From Octopus sinensis (lineage: Eukaryota), in the NCBI RefSeq assembly GCF_006345805.1, contig NC_043007.1, positions 45,012,001-45,076,000 on the forward strand: a stretch of DNA of 64,000 bases, written 5' to 3'. Below are positions 26,698-38,820 of the stretch, piece by piece. Both the position numbers and the translations under genes were made by a program. Under the pieces are notes generated by a model. It saw nothing but the letters and a program-made list of their open reading frames with translations. It ran no database searches and was not told the origin of the DNA. The first letter of the stretch is position 1, and each line of letters opens with the position of its first letter.

Positions 26698-29055
26698 CAG
26701 TGGTTCCCAACCTTTTCCAGCATAGGGCCCATTTTGTACTTGAAAAAATCTCTAGGGACCACTTCTACTTTTACGTTATGCCATTCTATATTCACACTAA
26801 AATGCTTAATGAAAAGACAATATAGTCTATTTACACTTCAAAATTTATTTTAGCAAACAAACGATAAACACAAGATATCAAAATCGTTTTTCATAAAGTC
26901 ATTCATTTGTAGTCCATTCAGCTAGTGACTAGCTTGATATTGGTGTTTCTGACACAAGATATCATAATCAATTTTAATGAGCTCATTTCATCTGAGTCTG
27001 ATAGTTCCTCTGCTGTTGACATCTAATTTATTTCTTTTTCTACTTAAAATATCTACAACAGCTGAAAATGCAGATTCTATCATCCATGTGGCAGGGAAAG
27101 AAATGATGCTTGCTTCTACATGTCGAAAAATATTTGTGTGTGATTCCTTTATCGATATGTAGGCAAAGACACCTTCTTTTTCAACTCTTCTTCTCAGTTT
27201 CATATTTTCTTTCAAATCCAGCAACATTTCAGCAAACTCAAAATTTTCATCTGGCTCATAATTTTCTAGGTCTGCAAACCAGAGTGGATAATCCATCTTT
27301 AATAAATCATTGTATCTTCTTTCAAAGTCTACATGAATACCTTCAAGATGGGCATTGCATGCAGCAATGCATTCTGATGTAGGAACAGTGGTGTTAAAAT
27401 ATTGAAATGATGCCAAATTTTTTTGAAACTGTTTTTTTCTAAAATTTTAATTTCCCCATTTCCCCTTTTATCTTCTGAGACCAGCTCTAAGTTAAGCAGA
27501 TTCACTGTTTTAAAAATATCACTCAAGTAGAATATTTTTCATTTAAACCCAGAAAGTCTTTCCAAAATTTTCTTAGCTGTATCAGCTTGCTTCTTGGAGT
27601 TGTAATGAGTCATCTGACTCTTGAACATGAGAAAGTTGATTAATGGTTCCCACAAATTCTCTAGTCTTTCAAGGCTCATGCCTTTTGACAACCATCTTAC
27701 TTCTGTGTGAAGCAATAGGGTTTTAAAACCTTCATCTTCACAGAATAGCATAAAAAATTTATTATTCACTGAGTTTGATTCGACAAAGTTAATTGCATGT
27801 ATGGCTGTGTTAAGTGCTTCTTCCATGTGTTCTCCAATATTCTTAGCAACCAAATGCTGTCTGTGGATAATGCAATGTATATAAAAAATGTGAGGAGCAA
27901 CTGATTTCATTTTAGAAACAAAGCCTTTCACTTTTCCAGTCATGGCTGCAGCTCCACCTGATGCAATATTGATCAAATTAGTCAATGGAATTTTTTTATC
28001 ATTAAAATACTACATTACTTCATTGAATATATCTTCTCCATTAGTAGTTTCAGACAAACTTTTAATAACATTTCTTCCCTCATATCATCTTCATGAATGA
28101 ATCTGACATAGATCAGAAGGATAGCTTAGCGATGAATTGTGCCATCATCAACCTGGATAGAAAAATTTTGTCTTTTGGAGAATTTCCACAATCTTCTCCT
28201 AAACAAAATTAGACATTTCATCCTGTCTTCTTGTAATTGCGTTATTTGAAAGTGGAATTGTACTCAGAGTAGATGCAGCATCTTTCCCCAGAACCTCATT
28301 TGCACAAGCTATCATAGCATGCTTGACAAGTTTCTCACCATAAATCTGAGGTGCTGCAACCTTGGCAATAATTTCAGAGACCAAATAACTTGGTTTGAGT
28401 GTCTGCTTTTTCAGTATTTATCTTCTTTACAAAATTGGATAGTTTGATTGGCTGTATTTTCTTTTTATTCTCAAAATATTCCTTACCATTACCAACAGAT
28501 GATAGATGCCTTAACTTCTGGTGCTGTTCCAGCTTAACTTTCATCATGGAATAATTTGTCATGATGGCATCACATTCAAGACACATAGGTTTTGCGTCTA
28601 CAAAACCAAACATGATAAAATCTTTGTAGTTCCTCAGTTTTGCCTTTTTAGCAGATGGTTCAGACATTATTACAACTGATCTTAAAAAATAAAAATAATA
28701 AATACTTTATTTCTGTAAATTAAAAGTATCAAATTTATTAATAAACTATATTGTGTAGTGATCTATTCAAAATATCAAATTTATTATGAAACTGTTGTGA
28801 TTGTAAAATTTAAATTATGTAATTCTTGATTGTAATATATTATTGATTATATATTAAACATTATTGATTCTTATGGAATAATTATTGAATTTTGTTTTCT
28901 TATTATTATTCTGTCTTCTTATAAATTATTATTAACTAACAGTATCTTTATTATCAAACAATATTGTATAGATCTGAAATGGTTTCAATTTTTTTATGGC
29001 TACAAATTCTCTGGGGACCATTGGTGGGCCCCAGGGACCACGTTGGGAATCTCTG
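26698..29055 (-). mobile_element. Decayed hAT DNA transposon, Buster/Charlie subgroup
   Basis: TIRs CAGTGGTTCCCAAC / GTTGGGAATCTCTG; 8-bp flanks ACCAGCAA / ACCTACAA (6/8 match, central TA); transposase fragments C..C, IHCIIHRQHL, LLLHTEVRWLSKG, IESAFS; frameshifted. Confidence 0.9.
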
Positions 29056-29696
29056 ACCTACAACATATGTGATATTGACAACACAGATTTCAACTAAGAC
29101 AAACTAATACTACATAATTTTTCAATTATGCACACGTGCACACATACATAGTCACACATACACACACTCTCTCTCTCCTTGTTTACAAGCAAAAACAGTC
29201 TCATGACCATGCTAAAAGAGACAATAGATTTTCTTTCCTAGAAAAGAATGGATAATGGAAGCAAAAATAAGGCTAAGATTCTAATATCAGTCAATTCTGT
29301 GGATATTGCAGTGAGGTAAAGACAAAAAAAAAACGAAAAAAAAATCATTTGTGTTGAATATAGAAATAATGATTGCTACCATGATAGTAATGATGAGGGT
29401 GATCATGACAATGAAAATTATAATGATCATTCTGATGAGGAGAATGTTGGTGTTAAAAATTACAATGAGAATGAAAAAATTTGTGATGATGATGATGACG
29501 ATGATCCTAATCGGGTTGTCAAATTGTTTCTGTGAACACTATATAGGGAGACTTATTCTTCAGAAAAGTCATATACACAACTAACATTAACTTCAAATGA
29601 ATGGTGTTTGTTGATTTATGTAGAATAACTCTCATTTCAAATGAATTAACTATAATGCTGGAAGACTACGCCTGTGTGTGTAATCATTATGATTTA

Positions 29697-29829
29697 TGTA
29701 AATAATTCTTTTTACAGATATCATTAATGATCTCTTTTAAGATGTAAATAATTCTTTTTACAGATATCATTAATGATCTCTTTTAAGATGTAAATAATTA
29801 TTTTACAGAAATCATTAATGATCTCTTTT
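29697..29829. repeat. Tandem repeat, about 46 bp x3
   Basis: TGTAAATAATTCTTTTTACAGATATCATTAATGATCTCTTTTAAGA repeated three times with few changes. Confidence 0.9.
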
Positions 29830-29990
29830 CAAAATGGATAATTATTGAACCCATTATGTGGGTTAACAGAAGTATCCTGAGCTGATTTGATAAAAAGTAG
29901 GGTGTTGCATAACCTAAAAGAAGTAACAGGTCAAAGAGAATTAATCAGGTAGATTATCTCTTATCTACGTATGACAAATGATAAACAAAT

Positions 29991-30381
29991 ACATTATTTA
30001 CATTTGACGGATATTTGTCCTCATCTTGTTTATTGTCAACACAACGTGTTGGCTGATATACCCTCCAGCCTTCATCAGGTATCTTGGGGAAATTTCGAAC
30101 CTGAGTTCTCATTCCTAAGGTATTTTTCAATGTTGTTGTTGTTGTTGTCGTCGTCGTCGTCGTCGTTGTTGTTGTTTTTGTTGTTGTTGTTGTTGTGTTG
30201 TTGTTGTTGTTGTTGTTGTTGTTCTTCTTCTTCTCTTCTTCTTCTTCTCTTCTTCTTCTTCTCTTCTTCTTCTTCTTTAGGTCACTGCTTAGAATTGAAC
30301 TCAGAATCTTGGGGTTAGTAGCCCGCGCTCTTAACCCCAAGATTCCAAGTTCGATTCTAAGCAGTGACCTAAATGATGATG

Positions 30382-30418
<37 letters not shown>

Positions 30419-30608
30419 CAATAACATAAAAAATACCTTAGGAATGAGAACCCAGGTTTGAAATTTCCTCAAGGCACCTGATGAAGGTTGGATGGTATAT
30501 CAGCTGAAATGTTGTGTTAGCAACAAACAAGATGAGGACAAGGATCCGTCAAATGTATATAACGTAAATAATGTAAATAATGTACATAATTCCTCATCTC
30601 TTAAATAT
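29991..30608. mobile_element. Head-to-head fold-back dimer of the tRNA-head/HHR SINE
   Basis: Outer arms are reverse complements carrying HHR motifs at 30038-30083 (minus, GAAAC decayed) and 30473-30518 (plus, GAAAT). The inner hairpin 30276-30373 is made of two tRNA-head pieces. Confidence 0.8.
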
Positions 30609-31519
30609 ACCCAACAATAATTCACTATATCACTGTAGCTGTATATCTGTTAGTGTGATTCTTTCAAGTGTTATTCCTATGCCACTCCCTATTCTTCTCC
30701 ATCCACCCTACTACAATGCGATTTGCATCTGTACCTCTATGAATAGTTTTTTGCGATATTGTACCTATCCACTTGCCTGTCTTTGATTTCTCACTCATTC
30801 ATACCACTTGCTTAACCATCCCTCTCCTTACCAAATCAATTCTTCGACTTAAGTTTTTATTTATTTTCTTCGCCCACACACAAACAAAACATGTGAAGGA
30901 CCATTACATTCTACACTCCTCAAGACAAATAAACTTTGATATTTTTCTGATTTTCACCAGTGCAGAACATCACCAGTTTCTAAGAAACCCAAAAAGCCAT
31001 TTACATATTACTATAAAAAATAATAAATGCTACAAGCATGAATCAAAGAGAACACCCCCATATACACGATGGAAGTGGGGAATAATCTGACATCAAGAAC
31101 AGATCACAGGGCTGATGACTTGAAGAAAAATTTTGAAATATATCATCATCATCATTCAACATCCATTTTCTATGCTGGCATTGGTTGGACGGTTTGACAG
31201 GAGTTGGTCAGCTGGGAAGCTGTCCAGACTCCAAGTTGTCTGTTGTGGCATGATCCTACAGCAGGATGCTCTTCTTAATGCCAACTACTTTACAGAGTGT
31301 ACTGGGTGCTCTCTATGTGCTACCAGCATGGTTGCGTTTATGCAGCATCTGCTCATGTGCATTTTACATGGCACACGCATCTGTAAAAGACAAGCCTGTA
31401 TGTATGTATGTATGTATGTATGTATGTATGGATGACAGCAATTTTACGTGGCTTGGTGTATCTTCTCAAGTACAGCAATTCACCACAACTCCCAGTCCCT
31501 TGTCATTTATATACATTGC

Positions 31520-31742
31520 CGAGGGTTGCTGAAAGGTTCCTGGGCTTTAAGTGTATTATGAAAGGCCTGATCAGAGGCCCAACGTTTCGAGTTCTTCTAC
31601 AGGGCTTAGAAAAACTGAAGGAATACTGCAATAAGTGTGTGAATCTGAGAGAGGAGTAAGTTAAATAAAATCATAATTAGCTGACCCTCCTGTATTTGCT
31701 TTTGCTTTTACCAAAAGCCAGGAACTTTTCAGCAAACCCTCA
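31520..31742 (+). mobile_element. Internally deleted mariner element
   Basis: TIRs CGAGGGTTGCTGAAAGGTTCCTGG / CCAGGAACTTTTCAGCAAACCCTCA; retains a mariner C-terminus-like stretch GLEKLKEYCNKCVNL. Confidence 0.7.
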
Positions 31743-31743
31743 T

Positions 31744-31827
<84 letters not shown>

Positions 31828-31862
31828 TCCGAATTTGTGTGAATGTGAATAGAATAATATAT

Positions 31863-32213
31863 CAGTTGAATAAAGTCAAAACATGGTCTGGTTTTCAAGT
31901 TTTTTATTATGGTATTTTAACATTAAAAAATATTTTGTAATTAGTGTTTTCATATGTTCGTAGTAAACATCAGATTTTAAAATGTATTTAACTGACAGTT
32001 GAGTTCTTGACAACTTTAGTACCTCTTAGAATGCTCCAACAAACTGAATTTTTGGATTACGATTTTGACCAATCAGCATGCAGCAGACCAATCAGCATGC
32101 AGCAGACCAATCAGCGCTAATTGAATTTTATGAACATTACAAATTTATTTTTTCATGTTAAAATACCATAAAAAAACCTGAAAACCAGATCATGTTTTAA
32201 CTTTATTCAACTG
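31863..32213. mobile_element. MITE with ~65-bp TIRs (Tc1/mariner-like, TA at right flank)
   Basis: CAGTTGAATAAAGTCAAAACATGGTCTGGTTTTC... is mirrored by ...GAAAACCAGATCATGTTTTAACTTTATTCAACTG. Confidence 0.8.
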
Positions 32214-32379
32214 TATACGACAAGCTTCTTTCAGTTTCTGTCTACCAAATTCACTCACAAGACTTTGGCTGACCCAAGGATATAGTAAAAGACACTTGCC
32301 CAAGGTACCATGTAGTAGGACTGAACCCAGAGGCATGTGGTTGGGAAGCAAGCTTCTTACCACACAGCGACACCTGCGC

Positions 32380-32420
<41 letters not shown>

Positions 32421-32928
32421 TGACAGGCTTCTATCAGTTTCCATCTACCAAATCCACTCACATGGCTTTGTTCAGCCTGATGTTATAGTGGAAGACACTC
32501 ACGCAAGGTGTCACATGGTGGGAATGAACCTGGAACCATTTGGCTGGGAAGCAAACGTTTTACCCACGATTGCACCTATAATGCACAATTATTTCTCTCA
32601 GATAACATTCATAATGTTTGAAAAAGTGGGTAAAAATCACAGTTATTGTTGCACCAACATATTCACTTTGTAAGTTTTTGTTTCAATGCAATTAGTTATC
32701 CCTGTATCGTATTTCCCACCCACCAACCAAACAATGCATGCGGAGTTGTGTATTCCAATGACAAATACATTAAGCTTTCATCAGCTCAAACCACTTAACT
32801 CTGAATAGGTAATGGGTTTAAATTCATTCCACTGAAGAAGTTGGTAAATAATTGACAAGAAAGAAGGAACTAAAGAAATAATATATGAATGAATGGCACA
32901 CGCCTAAACACATATATGTATATATATA

Positions 32929-33084
<156 letters not shown>

Positions 33085-33100
33085 ATATATATATGTATAT

Positions 33101-33150
<50 letters not shown>

Positions 33151-33197
33151 CAGCATGGCCGCGGCCTTCGGGCTAAAACATTTTAAAGGATTTAAGG

Positions 33198-33235
<38 letters not shown>

Positions 33236-33439
33236 GTATACATTCTCATATGTACATTTTTATTTGTTCGTGTGTGTATGTGGGGACCGCACACATACAC
33301 AAACATACAATTGGGTTTCTATTCAGTTTTCTTTGAATAAATTCCTCGCACAGACCTCGTTGGTCCTCTAGAGATTCTAACAAAAAATATAGGTCCGAGT
33401 TCCGGAGATGTTAAAAACTACCGCCACTAGATCACTTGT

Positions 33440-33740
33440 TATTTTGTCCCCTTAGAACGACGACGAGTGTTCCAGCCTGCTCGTGAAATAAACGTGCATG
33501 TGGCTGAGTATTCCAATGACACATTTACCTTTAACATAGCCCTCAGGGGCATTTAGTGTGACACAGAGTGTGACAAGGCTGGCCCTTTGAAATACAGGTA
33601 GTACACATTTTTGCCAGTTGAATGGACCGGAAGAATGTGAAATAAAGTGTTTTGCTCGAGGACATATCACATCACCGGGAATTGAACTCACGACTCTCCG
33701 ATCGTGAACCCATATTCTAACCACAAAGCTACGCGCCTTC
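33440..33740 (-). mobile_element. tRNA-derived SINE (family C)
   Basis: Minus strand GAAGGCGCGTAGCTTTGTGGTTAG...GTGAGTTCAATTCCCGG...TGTCCTCGAGCAAAACACTTTATTTCAC; related copies at 39801-40100, 40190-40440 and 63627-63935 (plus). Confidence 0.75.
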
Positions 33741-34188
33741 ACAGAAAGATATAGAAATTGGATAATAGAGAATTAGGAGTAGTAGTTGTAGGAAGAGGAG
33801 AAGAGATTTAAGAAGGAGAAAGAAAAATGATTATAGAAAAGGTGAACGGGCATCGGTAGAAAGATAATAATGCTTTCAGATTTTGGCAGAAGACGAGTTT
33901 AGGTGGTTGGTATTTTGTTGACCAATTTGAGGCGTAGTACCTGAATGGTGTTTTATTGTATTCATTCTGAAACAATAGAAGGAAACGTTGATCTCGGTGA
34001 GATCTCAGCTAAGGAGATAGGTGCAGTCTTGGCTATGTGGTAAGAAACTTTTTTCCCAATCACATGGGCCCAGGTTGAGTCTCACTCCTTGGCACCTTAG
34101 GCAAGTGTCTCCTATTATTGCTCCAGACTGACCAAAGCCTGTGAGTGGAGTGAAATAAGTCCGACGTATGTATGTATGTATGTATGTA

Positions 34189-34235
<47 letters not shown>

Positions 34236-34258
34236 ATATATATATATTATATATATAT

Positions 34259-34315
<57 letters not shown>

Positions 34316-34665
34316 GCAACATTAAATCTGAGTGAGAAGTAAACAGTAGCAGTCTGGAATCGTAAAATATAATTGCCAACTAGATGTAGCGGCCCCATGG
34401 AGGATGATGCTACTGTTGTTTTTATCTCTAGCAAAGCTGGTACTCTTCCAGTACCATCATATTATTTATATATATATATATATATATAGATATATATATA
34501 TGTATATAAATTAGAGAAGAACAACTTTTAGCAATTCAACCATGAAATAACAATAATATAATTAAATTATACCATATAGAAAAACACATTAAATATACGA
34601 TAAAACATATACCAATAATTAAGTAAAGTACAAAATAATAAATAAAAAGTATATAATTGGTAAAA

Positions 34666-34748
34666 AGACTACACGTGTTTTGTGGCTATATTTTGAAACA
34701 GATAACTGTAAAATGAATTCAATTTAAATATAGTCACTCTTCAGGTCC
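34666..34748 (-). ncRNA. Type I HHR with long stem II and a G12A core substitution (probably inactive)
   Basis: Minus strand GGAC-CUGAAGA-GUGACUAUAUUU...AAAAUAUAGCCAC-AAAAC-ACGUGU-A-GUCU; palindromic stem III ACACGUGU. Confidence 0.7.
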
Positions 34749-35039
34749 AAGATAAATAAAATAATTGAATAAATAAACGTTTATAATCTTATAAGAAAAT
34801 ATAAATATATATAAAAATACGTAATTTTGCAATAATATATATATATATAAGATAATGATACTGGAAGAGTACCAGCTTTGCTAGAGATAGAAGTTAAATG
34901 ATCCAGGAAGCTACAGAGAACTTACTTTAAGAACAAGCATGGTGAAAATCGGGCAAAGTCAGTGCCAGCTCGTCGTCTTAATAATAATAATAATAATAAT
35001 AATAATATAATAATAATAATAATAATAGATTCAAATTGT

Positions 35040-35900
35040 GGCAAAGGGCCAGTAATTTTTGGGAAAGGCATAAATTAATTATATCGTCCTCCAGTGCTCA
35101 ACTGGTATTGGTTTTATCGATCTCGAAAGAATGAAAGCAAAGTCGACCTCGGCGTTATTGGAACTCAAAACGTAAAGACCTGAAATAACGACCTCTAAGC
35201 ATTTTTTCTGATGCGGAAACGATTCTGCCAGCTCGCCTCTTTAAAGGAAAAGAAACAATTCTTTTCTTCTAGTCTTGAAATTTTGCAGGATAGGGATAAA
35301 TCGATGTCATCGAATCCGAAAGGATGAAAATGCAAAGTCGACATCAACAGCATTTGAACTCAGAACGTAAGGACGGACGAAATGCCGTTAAGCATTTTGG
35401 CCAGGATACTAACAATTCTGCCAGCTCGTCGCCTTATGGGAAAATAATTATAATGATTTCAAATCTCGGCACAATGCCAGCATTTCAGGCGAAGTATCTA
35501 ACCGATAATATCGACCCTAGTGCTGGTACTTATTTCATCGACCTCGAGAGCCTGATGGGCAAAGTCGATCTCGGCCACATTTGAGCTCAGTACGTAAAGA
35601 CGGACGACACGCTTACTAAGCATTTTGTCCAGGGTGCAAACGATTTTGGTAGCTCGTCTCCTTACAGGAAGATAATAATAACTGTTTCAAATTTTAACAC
35701 AGCGACAGAAATTTCGGGAAAGGGGTGAATTCGATTATATCGACCCTAGTACTCAACTGGTTCTTGTTTTATCGACCCCGAAATGCTGAAAGGCAAACTC
35801 GACTTCAGTGGTATTTGAACTCAGAACGTAAAGACGGACAAAATACTGCTAAGCATTTTGTCCAGAGTGCTAACGATTCTACTAGCTCATCGCCTTATAT
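35040..35900 (-). mobile_element. Cluster of four diverged family A SINE copies in the same orientation
   Basis: Repeated AAGTCGAC..CGG..ATTTGAACTCAGAACGTAA..CTAAGCATTTT..AACGATTCTGCCAGCTC units about 200 bp apart. Confidence 0.8.
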
Positions 35901-37199
35901 ATAATAATAATGGAAATGTTATGTTATAGCGATATTTGAGATGTACAAAGAATTGGTTCCTTGGCTCATTTTACATGCATTTTCTTGTTTTGGTTTCCCA
36001 TCCATATCTGTTTTTCTCATTATTCCTAAAATAATAATAAAAAAAAGAAATACAAATACAAAAATAGATGTAATTATTGTTGCTGTAAAAGAGAAAAAAA
36101 ATGAGGAAAACGGCTCTGGTAGGGCAGGGGCGGGGCGGAAGACTGACCAGTAAATGATAAATCAGAGAATTATGAGCTTGATTAGGAAGTAATTTTCTTA
36201 CAATGCTTCCTGATTGGCTGTTTTGTCCCAAGCCCCTATTTGCCTTTTTGCGACCGCACGTATATGTATGTATGTTGGTATATTTGTGTGTGCAGATGTG
36301 AATTTGGTGTTGAGTCTGCGTGTTTGTGTGTATATCTGTGTGTGTGTTTTGCTGCCAATGTGTGTTTGCATGTGTTTGCGTGGGTATTTTGGTGTGTATT
36401 TGTGTCTGTGTTTTTTTTATTTATGCCTTCATGTCTGTTTATGAATGCGTATGTATCTGTGTGTATATAAATGTGCGTTGTTTTCACTATATCAATATGG
36501 AATACACGAACAAAAATGTCCCTTCTTGTTTGATTTGACTTGATAAAAATAGCAAATAGATCTCCCTTAAAACACATCTACTGTCAAAAATGAAGAGAGA
36601 TTAGAAACTATAGCGCCTTAAATATATACACACAAAATGTACAACAAAAAACAAATGAGAAAGAGAGAGCAAAAGAAAACGGAACCACAGCAGCTAGATG
36701 CTAGAAGATCTTTAGCCATACGTCAGTTGGATAAAGACTGCCCAGGAACTATTTAACGGCTACATACGAATAACAGCAATACAGAGCAGCAAAAAGTAAA
36801 AGTAGAAGTAGCATTTGATTAGTAAACAAGGCAGAATAAATGAAACGATATAACAAAGTAATATCTGAAACATTAGATGTAATCTCTGGTGTTATTTAAA
36901 TCTACTTTACTGCGTGAAACATTGGCAATGTAATTCACATTATCAATTGTATGTCTCTGCAGGTTTCCAATCTATTACAATCGTACATGTTTTCCGGAGA
37001 AAGGCCAGTAGCCTTATTAGTAAACTAGATTTGTTATTCGACGAGTTTCAGAGTTCGCACATTTGTTAGTGTTGTTGTTGATTTCGCTTTTTGCCGCCGT
37101 CGTCGTCGTCGTCGCTTAGTTCTTAAGTCAATCCTACTCGAATGGGTTCTATGATAAAACGCATATCAGCTATTATCTCTCCATGTTTTCAAACATAGT

Positions 37200-37595
37200 A
37201 TACAGCTAGCGGTCACGTAGTATGTAGTTAGCAGTCACTTGGTATATAGCAAACGTTAGTGGTCAGTCAGTTTTGAGCTAGCGGTGACATGGTGCACAGC
37301 TAGAGGTCACATGATTCTCTGTCAGTGGTCACATGGTATATAGCAAACGCTCATATGGTTTTCCGCATCGAGCACATGGGTTACAGCTAAGAGCTACATG
37401 CTATACACCTAGCGGTCACATTGTATATGACTAGCGGTGATATGGAGCACAGCCAGCGGTCACATGGTATACAACTAGCAATCATGTGATATGCAGTTAG
37501 TATCATGTGGTATACAGTGGTCACGTGGTATACAGCTAGGGGGTCATACTGTATTCAGATAATGCTTACATAGTACAGAGTTAGCGGTTACTTCT
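37200..37595. repeat. Degenerate minisatellite, ~21-22 bp unit (approx. ACAGCTAGCGGTCACATGGTAT)
   Basis: Recurrent CTAGCGGTCACATGGTAT-like motifs, roughly 15-18 imperfect units. Confidence 0.75.
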
Positions 37596-38219
37596 CAATA
37601 TGTAATATGCTCCCACTAATTGTTTTAGAAGGCTAACTAGTGGCCAACAGACATACAAACCCTCTCCGTCCTTATACACCTGGAATACAATAGGGCTACA
37701 ATGAAAGCCAGTATCCTAACGGCACACAACGCGCCTCTTGTCAGAGAAGCGAACCCATCACCTTATGATCATTACTCAAACAGCCAAGCCACTTGGGTGC
37801 GCCCTTTCACTCTAACATAATGTGCCTCAAACTTTAAAAACAAAATAGCTGCTATCATTAGCATGTCGAGTATTCATATAAAGTTACTGTCATTGGCTCC
37901 AGTTTGTTCTTTGGTGCGCTTTATTACACGATGGGTTGTAGCAAAGCAGTGTTGCATCGGGAGCGTCGATAGAGCCTCAAGACAAACGTTTGGCACTCAA
38001 ACACACAGACATTCATCTACTCGTACACACACGCACACAGAGGTAGACAGACGGACAGACAGACACATATCAGTATTAGAGTGTTTGCAAATGAGGTTAT
38101 AGATGGTTGGGTACCGATGATTATGATATTTAAGGCCTTGTGTTAAATACGCGTATTCTGTGTCTCGTACGTCACTCTCCAATTTAAAATCCAAACTTCT
38201 CACGCTACCATGAATTATC

Positions 38220-38820
38220 TAGAAGTGATTATTTCGTCTGCCCCTACGTTCTGAGTTCAAATTCCGCCGAGGTCGACTTTGCTTTTCATCGTTTCGTGGT
38301 CGATTAAATAAGTACCAGTTACGCACTGGGGTCGATATAATCGACTTAATCCGTTTGTCTGTCCTTGTTTGTCCCCTCTGTGTGTAGCCCCTTGTGGGCA
38401 GTAAAGAGATAAGAAACGTTAGCACGCCGGGCGAAATGCTTAGCGATGTTTCATCTATCTTTACGTTTTGAGTTCAAATTCCACCGAGGTCGACTTTGCC
38501 TTTCATCCTTTCGGTGTCGATAAATTAAGTACCAGTTGCGTACTGGGGATCGATCTAATCGACAAGCCTCCCTCCCCCAAAATTTCGGGCCTTCTGCCTA
38601 GAGCAAAGAAGAAAAAAAAAATTTTACGTTCACATTAAGGCAGTGAGCTGGCAGAATCGTTAGTACGGTGGGCAAAATGCTTAGTGGCATTTAATCCGTT
38701 TTTACGTTATGAGTTCAAATTCCACTGCGGTTGGCTTTGCCTTTCATCCTTTCGGGGTCGATAAAATAAGTATCAACTGAGCACTGGGGTCGGGCTGATC
38801 GACCTAGCCTCTCTCCTGAA
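38220..38820 (+). mobile_element. Tandem family A SINE units
   Basis: Three successive GAGTTCAAATTCC..GGTCGACTTTG..TTTCATC units. Confidence 0.8.

Noticed and set aside
31575-31606. HHR-like CTGTAGA..CTC-GAAAC-GTT on the minus strand
   Set aside because: Lies inside mariner transposase-derived sequence; stems I and II do not pair properly.
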